Positions 12,860 through 23,048 of a DNA stretch of 64,000 bases are shown piece by piece. The notes under the pieces were generated by a model, which was not told the DNA's origin, made no database searches, and saw only the letters and a program-made list of their open reading frames with translations. A program made the translations under genes and the position numbers. Each line of letters opens with the position of its first letter. Within the stretch, counting starts at the first letter, position 1. Source of the stretch: an uncultured Candidatus Peribacteria bacterium (GTDB lineage Bacteria > Patescibacteriota > Gracilibacteria > RBG-16-42-10); NCBI GenBank assembly GCA_964514565.1, contig CAZERA010000005.1, positions 1 to 64,000 of the forward strand, read 5' to 3'.

Positions 12860-12905
12860 CAATAAAAAAGCCCTGGTTACCGTAAAGGTACAGGGCTTTT
12901 TTATT
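12860..12905. terminator. bidirectional intrinsic terminator
   Basis: AATAAAAAAGCCCTG...CAGGGCTTTTTTATT perfect arms between convergent genes. Confidence 0.9.
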
Positions 12906-12915
12906 ACATGCGTTC

Positions 12916-12976
12916 AAAATCTCTGCCCTCTGCTCTCTTTATCCCGCGTACGCGGGACGAGCCTCTGACCTAAATT
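12916..12976 (+). repeat. intergenic repeat family B with TCCC-N8-GGGA hairpin
   Basis: AAAATCTCTGCCCTCTGCTCTC-TTT-ATCCCGCGTACGCGGGAC-GAGCCTCTGACCTAA. Confidence 0.7.
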
Positions 12977-14470
12977 TTAGTGTCTTTTCTTCTCCGTCAC
13001 CATCCACTCCAATCTTTTACCAAAAGCTAATCTAGTCTGAGCATCAATCGCTGGTATAGCACCAAAGATGATAGTAACAAATGGTGAAAAGGCCCACTGC
13101 AAAACCTGCATCACATGACGATGCCAAGGATATTTACGATGAGGAGTAGGTAAAAGCATCATGCCAAGCACAATAGCACTGGAGAGACCAAGCATAGCTA
13201 ATGTCAGTAAATTGCTAGTAATGATAGGTAGATTGAATGCTAACACCGTACCTCTAAATTGTTCATTGAAAAGAGGAAACCAACCAGACACAAAAAGTAA
13301 TAAAGGTGCTGTTGCTCTCGGAATATGACCACTGAGGAGCGTAAGAGTCTCACTCACTTTCACTGCAAAAGGAATGCGTTTGTTGCGAATAAACTCAGGC
13401 ATGATCAAAGCAAAATCAGATGCTCCCCAAGCCCAACGACGTAGCTGTACATATTGACCAATGTAAGTACGGACATATCCTTCATTGAGCACTGCGTCTT
13501 GATAAACCGGCGTAAACACTGGTTTCACATAGCCTTGACCATCAAAAGCAATCAAATTGCGCCAGTATTGAACACCATCCTCAATAATACTGGTCCTGTC
13601 CCAATAATCATCAGCTTTCAAAGTAGCGAGACTCATGCCATAACTCGCAAAAGTGCGGAGCTTCTCAGGACGGTTGGCTTCCATCATCAACCAAAAAGAA
13701 GACCCAGTAGCCACTACCCGCATCAGCGCTGGAGTATCCCAGATATTGTTGTGATACATAGGGATGAACTGGTAGATAGCCTTGGGATCACGGCAATTGG
13801 CTAAGAAGGCATGGGCATAATGAGCACAATGTTGCACATGGAGTTTGGCATCACCATCTAGACAATTAATCAAAATATCATTGTCGGCTAAATGTTGAGG
13901 AGCTACCACTTCTCGTTCAAATGCTTGAACAGCATAATTAATATTGGGCCCTTTTCCTTTCACTTCACCAATAACGCCATCTGGATGAACATACACACAT
14001 ACATCAGCAAATAAGCTGCGGTACTCAGCTTGCACAGCAAGGGCACTGGCCAAAATCTCCGCCCCCCCACGCTCTTCAATCGCCAACACAATAAAAATCT
14101 TCTTGAGTGGATATTGTTGTTTGGTAACACTCTCACAAGCCATCCTAAGTATGTCTTTGCTTTCATTATAATAAGGCAACAAAATGACATGATACGGCCA
14201 AGCACTTTCAGGACACTGCGCCTGCAATTTTGCATGCCAATCTGCAGTGAGCGCCTGTTTCAAACGGCGATATGATTGCACCAAGTCAAAGTTGAGCCGG
14301 ATCGAGCGAAGCAACCAATAAATATCAAATAAAATTACAAAGATAGCAACGACTGCTGGTAAATAAAACGCAACGACCAAAGGCAGTAAAAGTACTGACC
14401 AAGTAATCAAAGCTGGCACCATCTCAAAAAAGCGAATCTCCCAGCGAGGGATAGTAGTACGATCAATCAT
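12977..14470 (-). CDS. membrane glycosyltransferase family 2 (processive type)
   Basis: ILLPYYNES, KGKGPNINYA, LDGD (DxD), IIED, QLRRWAWG (QxxRW); N- and C-terminal TMs. Confidence 0.9.
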   Translation of the reverse strand: MIDRTTIPRWEIRFFEMVPALITWSVLLLPLVVAFYLPAVVAIFVILFDIYWLLRSIRLNFDLVQSYRRLKQALTADWHAKLQAQCPESAWPYHVILLPYYNESKDILRMACESVTKQQYPLKKIFIVLAIEERGGAEILASALAVQAEYRSLFADVCVYVHPDGVIGEVKGKGPNINYAVQAFEREVVAPQHLADNDILINCLDGDAKLHVQHCAHYAHAFLANCRDPKAIYQFIPMYHNNIWDTPALMRVVATGSSFWLMMEANRPEKLRTFASYGMSLATLKADDYWDRTSIIEDGVQYWRNLIAFDGQGYVKPVFTPVYQDAVLNEGYVRTYIGQYVQLRRWAWGASDFALIMPEFIRNKRIPFAVKVSETLTLLSGHIPRATAPLLLFVSGWFPLFNEQFRGTVLAFNLPIITSNLLTLAMLGLSSAIVLGMMLLPTPHRKYPWHRHVMQVLQWAFSPFVTIIFGAIPAIDAQTRLAFGKRLEWMVTEKKRH

Positions 14471-15126
14471 TTTCCAAGTATTTTTTTACGCTTCATAATC
14501 ATCACCTGATGAGCGTGCAGATTGTATGAAACTGGGTCAGCTTCAGGGGTGACCGCCAGCAAACTATTGAGTGCTGTTTTCAAATGAGCCAACGCTTCAT
14601 CGGGCTTCTCTTCCTTGGCTGCCTCTACTTCTTCTTTTTTGGCAATAATAATTTTCTGCCAGTCACGTACGTTGGGTACCATATTGAGCAGCATCTCATT
14701 GGTATTGACCTTGATCTTGAGGTCACCAAATTGGAACATAGTAGCAATGATACCATCAGTCTCAAACTCCACCCCATCGATATCATCATACCCGACTCGA
14801 TTGGCACTGCTATGAAAAAAACCGGCCCAATCAATATTCACAATATTTTTGGAAGTCATGATCAAAGCATCGTGATACCAGTTGATCAAATCTTGTACCC
14901 CAATAATAGTAGTGTAGATAAACCAAGGAATCAAAAAAAGTAGGGCGTAAACATGCCAATACAGCACCAAAACCATTGCTGGAAAAATCAAACCCAGCGC
15001 CACATACTTGGCTACAGCCTGAACAATCGTCCACCAGTGTTTGTGAATCACAAAGATGATCTCTTCTTCAGGTTCAAGGAATTTCTTAAAAAACAGGCGA
15101 TCAAAAAAACGCATATCAAAAAGCAA
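14467..15126 (-). CDS. membrane protein with bacterial PH (bPH_2-like) domain
   Basis: LEPEEEIIFVIHKHW, two TMs, WYHDALIMTSKNIV...GFF...FQFGDLKI. Start uncertain (ATG 15114 alternative). Confidence 0.75.
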   Translation of the reverse strand: MLFDMRFFDRLFFKKFLEPEEEIIFVIHKHWWTIVQAVAKYVALGLIFPAMVLVLYWHVYALLFLIPWFIYTTIIGVQDLINWYHDALIMTSKNIVNIDWAGFFHSSANRVGYDDIDGVEFETDGIIATMFQFGDLKIKVNTNEMLLNMVPNVRDWQKIIIAKKEEVEAAKEEKPDEALAHLKTALNSLLAVTPEADPVSYNLHAHQVMIMKRKKILGK

Positions 15127-15191
15127 TCGTTTTTAAGTTAGCAGAAAGTAAGCAGTCTTGGTATAGTAATTTTGCTTATTTTATCGAGTCT

Positions 15192-15788
15192 ATGGAAAAC
15201 GAAGTGCCAAAGTGGCGTGAAAATCTCAAAGTAGTAGCAGAAATTTTATATAACTTTGCGGTAATAGTAGTAGTAGTAGCAGTGATTCGTTATACGCTGA
15301 TCTCACCTTTCCAGGTAAGTGGTAGCAGTATGTTACCAAACCTACAAAACAATGAGTTTTTGATCGTAGACAAGCTTAGTTACTTTCTCCATGAGCCCGC
15401 TCGCGGAGATATTATTGTACTGATTCCACCTGAGAATACTGATACCTTTTACGTGAAACGTATCATTGGTTTGCCTGGAGAAAAGATTGAGTTCTTGAAC
15501 GGTCAAGTAATCATCCACGACAAAGCTCACCCCGAAGGCGTCAAACTAGACGAGCCATATCTTTCAGCTGAAAACGTACAGTCATACTTACCAACCCACG
15601 AAAACAAGATTATTGAGGTGCCTGCTGACAATTATTTCGTAATGGGTGACAACCGTCATGCGTCCAATGATTCTAGATCTTGGGGCTTACTACATCGACG
15701 TAGTATAGAAGGTAGAGCTTGGTTTATATTCTATCCCGTGAATAGTATCCGTTTAGTCCCACATATGGATTACTCCAATACTAACTAA
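15192..15788 (+). CDS. lepB: signal peptidase I
   Basis: VSGSSMLPNL (Ser), YVKRIIGLPGE (Lys), FVMGDNRHASNDSRSWG. Confidence 0.96.
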   Translation: MENEVPKWRENLKVVAEILYNFAVIVVVVAVIRYTLISPFQVSGSSMLPNLQNNEFLIVDKLSYFLHEPARGDIIVLIPPENTDTFYVKRIIGLPGEKIEFLNGQVIIHDKAHPEGVKLDEPYLSAENVQSYLPTHENKIIEVPADNYFVMGDNRHASNDSRSWGLLHRRSIEGRAWFIFYPVNSIRLVPHMDYSNTN

Positions 15789-15794
15789 AGCTAT

Positions 15795-16421
15795 TTATTC
15801 AAGATTGTGCAAAGCATCAAAATGCCAGTCACCATCGTGAAAATTTAAACTTAGCATCGCAACATTATTGATCGGATAGGCTGGATCATCATTCAAGCTA
15901 AGATGCTTTGCCACTGCATCCGATGGCTTTTTTGGGGTTTGCAAATAAGCCAACAACATACGCAGTACCCCTCCGTGACTAACTACGACTATGTCTTGTT
16001 CAGTATAAGGCTCAAACATGGTTAGTAAGTCTACAATACGATTGTGCAGCATAAACAAAGTCTCTTCGTCACTATGCTGATAGAGAGGATTTAAGCGATT
16101 ACGATTGAGCTCAGCTTTGAGTTCAATCACATCCAGATCAGTCTTGAGTCGACCATTGAGCACAGATGGATTCTTCACCTCATGCAAACGATCCACAATA
16201 GTTAAAGGAATAGCACCACCAAGCTCTGCTTGAATAATCTGAGCAGTTTGATGAGCACGAACAAAAGGACTAGCAAAAATCTGACTAATCTTTTTAGCTT
16301 TCAGGTACTGACCTCTCAACCGAGCTTGGGCTTCTCCTTCTGCACTCAAAGGCAACTCTGGCGTCTGATGCCTATTAGCAGCATTACCCACCGACTCACC
16401 ATGACGAATAAAATAAATCAT
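15795..16421 (-). CDS. histidine phosphatase (phosphoglycerate mutase family)
   Basis: IYFIRHGES, ASPFVRAHQTA, VVSHGG. Confidence 0.92.
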   Translation of the reverse strand: MIYFIRHGESVGNAANRHQTPELPLSAEGEAQARLRGQYLKAKKISQIFASPFVRAHQTAQIIQAELGGAIPLTIVDRLHEVKNPSVLNGRLKTDLDVIELKAELNRNRLNPLYQHSDEETLFMLHNRIVDLLTMFEPYTEQDIVVVSHGGVLRMLLAYLQTPKKPSDAVAKHLSLNDDPAYPINNVAMLSLNFHDGDWHFDALHNLE

Positions 16422-16426
16422 ACTAG

Positions 16427-16467
16427 TAATTTAAAATTTAAAATTTAGATTTTAGAATTTTAAATTA
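16427..16467. repeat. AT-rich palindrome with heptamer periodicity
   Basis: TAATTTAAAATTTAAAAT...ATTTTAGAATTTTAAATTA, about 18-bp arms with one bulge. Confidence 0.6.
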
Positions 16468-16476
16468 AAGATCCCC

Positions 16477-17160
16477 TTAAAGTTCAGGATAAGTAGCATT
16501 CTGTTCATCTGTCTTGATCTTACCTGCCTCCAAAAATAATACGCGCTTCTGAAAAAAGTCCACAACCTCCGGATCATGTGTAGTCAAAATAATGGTAGTG
16601 CCTTCTTCGTGAATATCTCGTAAAAGGGACAAAATAATCTTAGTACTTTCTGGATCCAGATTGCCGGTAGGCTCATCAGCAATCAGTACTTTAGGTTTGT
16701 GCACCAAAGCACGAGCGATAGCGACACGTTGCTGTTCTCCACCAGACAATGTAGGTGGAAAATTAGTAGCCTGAGCTGCTAAACCCACTCGACGTAATAC
16801 ATGCTGGACACGTTCGTGGATCTCTTTATCCGTAAAATCCCCCGATACCTCCAAAGCAAAGGCGACATTATCAAATACCGTCTTGTCTGGCAGTAAACGA
16901 TAATCTTGAAACACAACACCAATGCTTCGGCGCAGTACTTGCAGCGTTCTTGGCTTCATATCAGCAATCAATAAACCATCAATACTGACAAACCCAAGCT
17001 CGGGTTTTTCTACACCTAAAATCAGCTTAGCAATGGTAGTCTTACCGGCACCACTTCTGCCTACAATAGAAACAAACTCTCCCTTGGCAATTTCAAAAGA
17101 CACATTATCCAAGACTGCTTTTGAGCCATAAATTTTTACGACTTGGGAAAAGCGAATCAT
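16477..17160 (-). CDS. ftsE: cell division ATP-binding protein FtsE
   Basis: GRSGAGKTT, LRRSIGVVFQDYRLL, LSGGEQQRVAIARA, IADEPTGNLDP. Confidence 0.85.
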   Translation of the reverse strand: MIRFSQVVKIYGSKAVLDNVSFEIAKGEFVSIVGRSGAGKTTIAKLILGVEKPELGFVSIDGLLIADMKPRTLQVLRRSIGVVFQDYRLLPDKTVFDNVAFALEVSGDFTDKEIHERVQHVLRRVGLAAQATNFPPTLSGGEQQRVAIARALVHKPKVLIADEPTGNLDPESTKIILSLLRDIHEEGTTIILTTHDPEVVDFFQKRVLFLEAGKIKTDEQNATYPEL

Positions 17161-17165
17161 AGCAA

Positions 17166-17714
17166 TTAGCCTAAAGTATGAGGAATTACTTGTTCACTAG
17201 TAGTAGACCAATCAGTTGCCTTGAGCGAAAACTCTTTCACCGCTTCAGGAGCAGGAGGTAATAGCTCAGAACCATAGTGGAGACCACTTGGGATGTATAC
17301 CAAGTGTGAAGGTTCTAGATGATCAATCAATCTCTGCACTTGAGGTTTATACTCTCCATCAGTCAGCCAAACGATTACTCCTTCTACTGTGTTGAGCTGT
17401 TCAGTATCATGATCGAGTGAACCTACTTGGCTATCTTGCACTACCAACCAAGTCTTGCCTTCCAAAGAAACTAAAAAACTGCCTTGAGATGGGCCGATCA
17501 CTGACACTTCACTTTTTTCGTATTCACCCGGCCAGTCACAAATCAAAACATCACGATTGCTACGTTTGGTAACAATAGTCTCAAACGCAATCACCACAGC
17601 TGGTTTTTCTTGACTCACCACCTGCTCGTATTTCGCAATATTAGCCAAAAAAGCGACAGTAGCATGACTAGTAGTGACTACCAGATTTTGATCAGACAAC
17701 AAACGTAATTCCAT
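17166..17714 (-). CDS. degenerate metallo-beta-lactamase-fold-like protein
   Basis: ICDWPGEYEKSEVSVIG matches the PGEYE motif of short MBL-fold proteins; no HxHxDH metal motif. Confidence 0.5.
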   Translation of the reverse strand: MELRLLSDQNLVVTTSHATVAFLANIAKYEQVVSQEKPAVVIAFETIVTKRSNRDVLICDWPGEYEKSEVSVIGPSQGSFLVSLEGKTWLVVQDSQVGSLDHDTEQLNTVEGVIVWLTDGEYKPQVQRLIDHLEPSHLVYIPSGLHYGSELLPPAPEAVKEFSLKATDWSTTSEQVIPHTLG

Positions 17715-17748
17715 AGAAAATGTTTAGACGCACGGGCATCATACATGA

Positions 17749-18762
17749 CTACTGCAACACAGCCAATCGCACTGGAGCGACCCCACTCGACAGTGACGCA
17801 ATTTGAGCAAAAGCACCGGTAGATAAATCAATTACTCGACCAGAAATATACGGCCCTCTATCTACAATCTTCACAATTACTGATTTGCCATTGCCAGTAT
17901 TGGTTACCTTTACCAGGGTACCAAATGGAAGAGTCTTGTGTGCTGCCACCAATTCACTCATATGCAAGATTTGCCCAGAAGCCGTACGTCTACCTTCAAA
18001 GGAAGTACCATAATAACTGGCCTGACCACTTTCTAGTACTTGTTCATTGTCAGGCAACTTTGTACCGATTCGGACTACTTTATCCACAGGATCTTTGACC
18101 GTATCAGACTTAAGCAGAGTTTTTTCTTTCAAAACATCGCCAGAATAAACTAACCGGTATTGCTCAGTTTTCTTCCCATTTTCACCTGGCTGCTCTACTA
18201 CTTCTTTACCATAGGCCAGCGTAACATCTTTCTTTTCTTTGGTAGCAAAAGGCAAGACCACATCACGTTCAAATTTCTCTTCACGTTCAGCCAAAAGCCG
18301 AATCTCCATATTGGGCGTAATCCAAGTATTCATCGCTGGAGTGACCCGCTCAGTTGGTTTGAGGGTAATACCAATCTCACTAACGACATCACTCACCAAT
18401 AAACCACGCGTATCCAGAGTAGTCTTTTCACCTACAAAGTTGATCACCGTGACTGGCACTGCTCTACGCACGATGATCTGCATCCCACTAACCAAGGTAT
18501 CGGTCATGTTGGGAAACAAATAGTCGTTTTCCATCACCGCTATTTCTTCCTTGGCTAAACACTCGCCTACCGTTGCTTCATCACAATGCATTGGGTAATC
18601 CACTCCATCGATCGTCAAAGTATAGACTTTATTAGTTTGACTAGTCTCCGCAAAATATTGATAGCCCGTCCAAATGCTAGCGATCAAAGCAACCACAGGT
18701 AGAAGCACAAGCACTAGCTTGCGAATTTTCTTGAGCCGACGTTGATAAAAACGAGCATGCAT
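17749..18762 (-). CDS. DUF348/G5-domain protein with C-terminal RlpA-like (DPBB) lytic transglycosylase domain
   Basis: TM anchor, ubiquitin-like repeats, G5 (VVEQPGENGKK...VVRIGTK), then GQASYYG...TASG...AAHKTLPFGT...VDRGPY...RVIDLS. Confidence 0.88.
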   Translation of the reverse strand: MHARFYQRRLKKIRKLVLVLLPVVALIASIWTGYQYFAETSQTNKVYTLTIDGVDYPMHCDEATVGECLAKEEIAVMENDYLFPNMTDTLVSGMQIIVRRAVPVTVINFVGEKTTLDTRGLLVSDVVSEIGITLKPTERVTPAMNTWITPNMEIRLLAEREEKFERDVVLPFATKEKKDVTLAYGKEVVEQPGENGKKTEQYRLVYSGDVLKEKTLLKSDTVKDPVDKVVRIGTKLPDNEQVLESGQASYYGTSFEGRRTASGQILHMSELVAAHKTLPFGTLVKVTNTGNGKSVIVKIVDRGPYISGRVIDLSTGAFAQIASLSSGVAPVRLAVLQ

Positions 18763-18766
18763 GGTG

Positions 18767-20938
18767 TTAAGCTACTTTTTGCAATGGAGCAATAGATGCT
18801 GCTAACTTTTTAATGCCCTTACCCGGAAACGCGACACTGACTACATCACCACGTAATTCCACAATGATCCCCTGCCCAAAGCTTTGGTGTAGTACTTTAT
18901 CGCCCACCTTATAAAGCTGCTCAGCAGACGCAGTCATATGGTTGTCTACTGATTTACCGCCATGCATTGAAGCCAAGCTTGGAGTCCGACTAGCAAAACG
19001 GGGTTGTTCACCACCGCCACGATTACCAACCTTCATCATATGACTAGGGATATCAGCCAAGAATCGTGAGGGTGGATTGGCTTGATAGGTTCCATACAAA
19101 GCACGACGCTTGGTATAAAAAAGATACAAGTTATTGGCAGCACGAGTCATCGCTACATACATGAGACGACGCTCTTCTTCTGCCTGTTCTGGATCCAACT
19201 GGCTACGAGAGTGAGGAAAGATGTTCTCTTCCAACCCTGCTACATACACCGAGTGAAACTCCAAACCTTTTGCAGCATGGACCGACATCAAGGTAACCGA
19301 GTCTTTTTGACCATCAGCGAGATTATCCAAATCCGAAATCAAAGCCACTTCTTCTAGAAAAGTAGCCAAAGACAATTCAGGCACCAAATGATCGTACTTC
19401 TTAGCCACTGTGAGCAATTCTTTTACGTTTTGATAACGCTCTTCACCTTCCTCTGTACCATCCATCAAATACTCTCGATACCCAACTCTATCAATCACCG
19501 CCTGAATCACACCACTAGCAGGCAAAGTAGTACCCAGTTCTTGAATCTTAGCTAACAATTGCATAAAAGCGGCAATTGATTGCTTCGTAGATACTTTCAA
19601 TTCACCCTGCTCATAAGCTCTTGCTAATCCGAGTTGGACTGAAATTGGCTCAGTACCAAAAAACTGCCGAATCTTTTCCCAAGCTGTACGACCGATCTTG
19701 CGAGGGGGCACATTAATAATTCTTTGTAAGGCAATACCATCTTGAGGGTTTACTACCAAAGAGAGATAAGCCAACATATCTTTAATTTCCTGACGTTCAT
19801 AAAAACGCACACCACCGATAATTTGATACGGTAGGCCAGCTCGCAATAATGCTTCTTCAATCGGACGGGATTGGGCATTGGTACGATAGAGTACCACTTG
19901 ATGAGACAAAGACTGCCCAGATGTCTTGATCTTATCAATGATCATCATCGCTTCATCACGCTCATCCTGTGCCTCTACTACTTCAATCAAATCACCCTGT
20001 TCACGATCAGTCCATAGTTTTTTTTCAGTACGCTGTCTGTTCTTTTCAATAATGGCATGAGAAGAGTCCAGAATGAGCTGGGTAGAGCGATAATTGCGTT
20101 CAAGTTTCACAGTCTTCACCTCAGGATAATCTTTCTCGAAATTCAAAATATTACGTATGTCAGCACCACGCCAGCTATAAATCCCCTGCCAGTCATCACC
20201 TACGACCGTGATATTACGATACTTCTCAGCCAACAAATGGAGAAATACATATTGTGAGTGATTGGTATCTTGATACTCATCGACCAATAGATAATGAAAA
20301 CGTTCTTGATAGCGATCTAGTACTTCTGGAAAACGTTGAAATAACAGTACGGTCTTATAAATCAAATCATCAAAGTCCAAGGCATTGTTGGCATGTAGGC
20401 CTTGTTCGTACAATGGATAAATTTTAGCTACGGTTTCTTGAAAATAATCATTCGCTTTTTTAGCATAAGCAATCGGATCTAGTAATTCAGATTTAGCATT
20501 GGAGATTTGAGCAAGCACTGCTTGGGGAGCAAATTTTTTACTATCTAGTTTCAATTTTTCTAACGCTCCTTTTACTACCTGCAATTGGTCCCCCGTATCA
20601 TAAATAGCAAAGCTGTTCTTAAAACCAAGATAGTGAATGTCAGCACGTAAAAAGCGGGCACAAAGGGAGTGAAATGTACCAAGTAAAGGTTGACCGACAA
20701 AACCCGTCTGAGTGGCCAAAAGCTTCTCTACTCTAGAGCGCATTTCCTGTGCCGCTTTATTGGTAAAAGTCACTGCCAAAATATGTTCACCAGAGACATG
20801 CTTCTCAGCCATCAAATAAGCGACGCGATGAGTCAAAGCTTTGGTCTTGCCAGAGCCTGCACCTGCCAATACTAAAAGAGGCCCACGCTCATGTGTCACT
20901 ACTTGCTGTTGTTCGGGATTGAGCACGTCAAGAATCAT
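18767..20938 (-). CDS. pcrA: ATP-dependent DNA helicase PcrA/UvrD
   Basis: LAGAGSGKT, VTFTNKAA, LVDEYQDTN, LERNYRS, HAAKGLEF, EEERRLMYVAMTRA, C-terminal Tudor-like domain. Confidence 0.96.
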   Translation of the reverse strand: MILDVLNPEQQQVVTHERGPLLVLAGAGSGKTKALTHRVAYLMAEKHVSGEHILAVTFTNKAAQEMRSRVEKLLATQTGFVGQPLLGTFHSLCARFLRADIHYLGFKNSFAIYDTGDQLQVVKGALEKLKLDSKKFAPQAVLAQISNAKSELLDPIAYAKKANDYFQETVAKIYPLYEQGLHANNALDFDDLIYKTVLLFQRFPEVLDRYQERFHYLLVDEYQDTNHSQYVFLHLLAEKYRNITVVGDDWQGIYSWRGADIRNILNFEKDYPEVKTVKLERNYRSTQLILDSSHAIIEKNRQRTEKKLWTDREQGDLIEVVEAQDERDEAMMIIDKIKTSGQSLSHQVVLYRTNAQSRPIEEALLRAGLPYQIIGGVRFYERQEIKDMLAYLSLVVNPQDGIALQRIINVPPRKIGRTAWEKIRQFFGTEPISVQLGLARAYEQGELKVSTKQSIAAFMQLLAKIQELGTTLPASGVIQAVIDRVGYREYLMDGTEEGEERYQNVKELLTVAKKYDHLVPELSLATFLEEVALISDLDNLADGQKDSVTLMSVHAAKGLEFHSVYVAGLEENIFPHSRSQLDPEQAEEERRLMYVAMTRAANNLYLFYTKRRALYGTYQANPPSRFLADIPSHMMKVGNRGGGEQPRFASRTPSLASMHGGKSVDNHMTASAEQLYKVGDKVLHQSFGQGIIVELRGDVVSVAFPGKGIKKLAASIAPLQKVA

Positions 20939-21022
20939 AGATAAAAAAGGTACGCGGAGTGATTTTACTTAATTTAGGAGACACGGTAAACTCCTGGCGC
21001 ATATTTCCTAACTTTATCCCCT

Positions 21023-22876
21023 ATGCGTCGAGCCTCGATAGCAGTAATTAGTTTAGTGATAGTAGTAGTGCTCGGTGGCACTGCTTATGGCTATGTAGCC
21101 AATCAAAGAAGCTGGTGGCCATTTGGTAATGCTTCTCCAATCAGTGCTCTTACCAATCCATTGGGACGCTTTGTCGATTTGGTACCTCCAGAAACAGTGA
21201 TTTACGGTCGTTTTGACCTCAACAATGCTGCTAATGCAGCTACTGTAGCGAGCAATGCTCAGCTCAGTGCTAGTGTAAAAACCATCAAACAAGGTTGGAC
21301 AAAAGTGATGGCACAAATGGAAGCTGACACACCAATTCCAGCAGAAGCAAAAGCTTTGTTCGAATTAGTTGGTAGTCATGAAGTAGAATTGGCCTTGATC
21401 CCCCGCAATATAAGTGGCACAGCAACTAAGTTTGCTGATACTACTAGTATCGTCGCCGGCCTCACAGTGAAGACAGGTGAAGATGCCAACCAACAGATTG
21501 TAGCAATAAAAGGTGGTATCAAGAGCGGTCTCAATAGCAGCCAAGATATGGTGAGTACTGATGGCATGATCGGTTCACATAGTGTCACAACAATCAGAAT
21601 TACTGACAAAACTGACACTAGTGCTCCAGCTCAAGAATTATTCCTGACTAATCTCCAAAATCAACTCTTAGTTTTGACTAGCGATAGCGCTACCATGACT
21701 CAAGTATTGAATAATAGTGACACCACCAACCATGCCTCACTCAGCAACCAAACAAGTTTACCAAAACTCCAATCTCAATTAGCTAAAGATCAATTGGTGA
21801 CTGTGTATATGAATGGTGAAAAAGAAATGCAATGGCAAGAAGCAGTCAACAAGATTACTGGCATGCAACAAGAACCTATGATGGAAGCATTCAACCAAAA
21901 AATGCAGACTGCAGTAGCTAATGCCAACTTGTTCAAGTATCAGGCAATATTTGGTACTAGCTTTAGTAGTAGTGGTTTATTGATGACAGCTTATACTAGC
22001 TTCTCTGATCCAGAGACTGCTAAAGCTTATAGCAACAGTGGTTTGGTTTATAACACTCAAGTACCTGACACAGCTTTAGTTTATGCTGAGATGCACAACA
22101 TCACCGCGCCTATGGCGATGCTCGCACCAGTAATGCAAGCTTTGGACGAATCGCTCTCTATTGCGATGAATACCAAGACATCAGTAGCTGCTCAAATCGA
22201 GCAAGCAACAGGTCTCAGTGTAGTAAATGACATTGCTCCTTTATTCCAAAAGAATAGTGCATTAACAATTGTGCCTCACCCTCTAGCCATGATTCCAGTT
22301 AGCATTAGTTTACTAACAGAAGTGAATGATGCAACCAAGGCGCAATCAACTATGGAGAAAGCAACAGCTGCACTAGTAAAAGCATTCAACCAAGGCTTGG
22401 AAGGCGCAGATGTACAGACTGTGAAACAACAAAGTATCAGTGGTGCCAACGTAAACTCATTTGGCCAACTCACTCCAGATGATTATATCTACAACTATGC
22501 TGTCCGTGCTAAGGATTTATTGGTAAGCAGTTCACTGGATGAAATGAAAGCATTATTGAGTCCTGCTAAAACATTAGCTACCTCAGCAAACTACCCAGCT
22601 TTCCTCAAACAAGCAGGAGCCGTCAACGGAGCTACTTTCATCAATGTACGTGGCATCGTAGAGTTGGTAAAACCAATCGTGATGGATCAATTGAGCATGT
22701 CAGCAATGGACCTGAGCAATCCTGATGCAGATATCGAAGCACAACAACAAAAGATGCGTACCCAGGTGGAGACTGAAGTAATGCCTTATCTCAATATCGT
22801 CCGCAACATCTCAGCATTTAGCCGTCAAGAAAGTGACATGGTGCGTAGCGATGTATTGGTACAAATGGTCGACTAG
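21023..22876 (+). CDS. membrane-anchored DUF3352-like protein
   Basis: N-terminal TM followed by LVPPETVIYG and a second VPDTALVYA repeat. Confidence 0.6.
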   Translation: MRRASIAVISLVIVVVLGGTAYGYVANQRSWWPFGNASPISALTNPLGRFVDLVPPETVIYGRFDLNNAANAATVASNAQLSASVKTIKQGWTKVMAQMEADTPIPAEAKALFELVGSHEVELALIPRNISGTATKFADTTSIVAGLTVKTGEDANQQIVAIKGGIKSGLNSSQDMVSTDGMIGSHSVTTIRITDKTDTSAPAQELFLTNLQNQLLVLTSDSATMTQVLNNSDTTNHASLSNQTSLPKLQSQLAKDQLVTVYMNGEKEMQWQEAVNKITGMQQEPMMEAFNQKMQTAVANANLFKYQAIFGTSFSSSGLLMTAYTSFSDPETAKAYSNSGLVYNTQVPDTALVYAEMHNITAPMAMLAPVMQALDESLSIAMNTKTSVAAQIEQATGLSVVNDIAPLFQKNSALTIVPHPLAMIPVSISLLTEVNDATKAQSTMEKATAALVKAFNQGLEGADVQTVKQQSISGANVNSFGQLTPDDYIYNYAVRAKDLLVSSSLDEMKALLSPAKTLATSANYPAFLKQAGAVNGATFINVRGIVELVKPIVMDQLSMSAMDLSNPDADIEAQQQKMRTQVETEVMPYLNIVRNISAFSRQESDMVRSDVLVQMVD

Positions 22877-22900
22877 TTTTCAGATAGTAGTTCCGAAGAA

Positions 22901-22947
22901 AAAGACTAAGCGAGAAAAGGGGGCTGTCCTCTATCCGCTTAGTCTTT
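22901..22947 (+). terminator. hairpin / likely terminator after DUF3352-like gene
   Basis: Perfect 12-bp arms AAAGACTAAGCG / CGCTTAGTCTTT. Confidence 0.55.
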
Positions 22948-22968
22948 ACCTAATCCGTACAAACAATT

Positions 22969-23013
22969 GCCGACCTAGCTCAAACCCAAAGGGTCCCCTT
23001 TGGGGCGGTAGAG
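22969..23013 (+). pseudogene. duplicated tRNA-Thr 5' fragment interrupted by a 22-nt hairpin
   Basis: GCCGACCTAGCTCAA[ACCCAAAGGGTCCCCTTTGGGG]CGGTAGAG equals tRNA-Thr nt 1-23 plus an insert. Confidence 0.8.
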
Positions 23014-23048
23014 ATTCCTCCATTATAAAAGTTCATTATCGATTCCAT

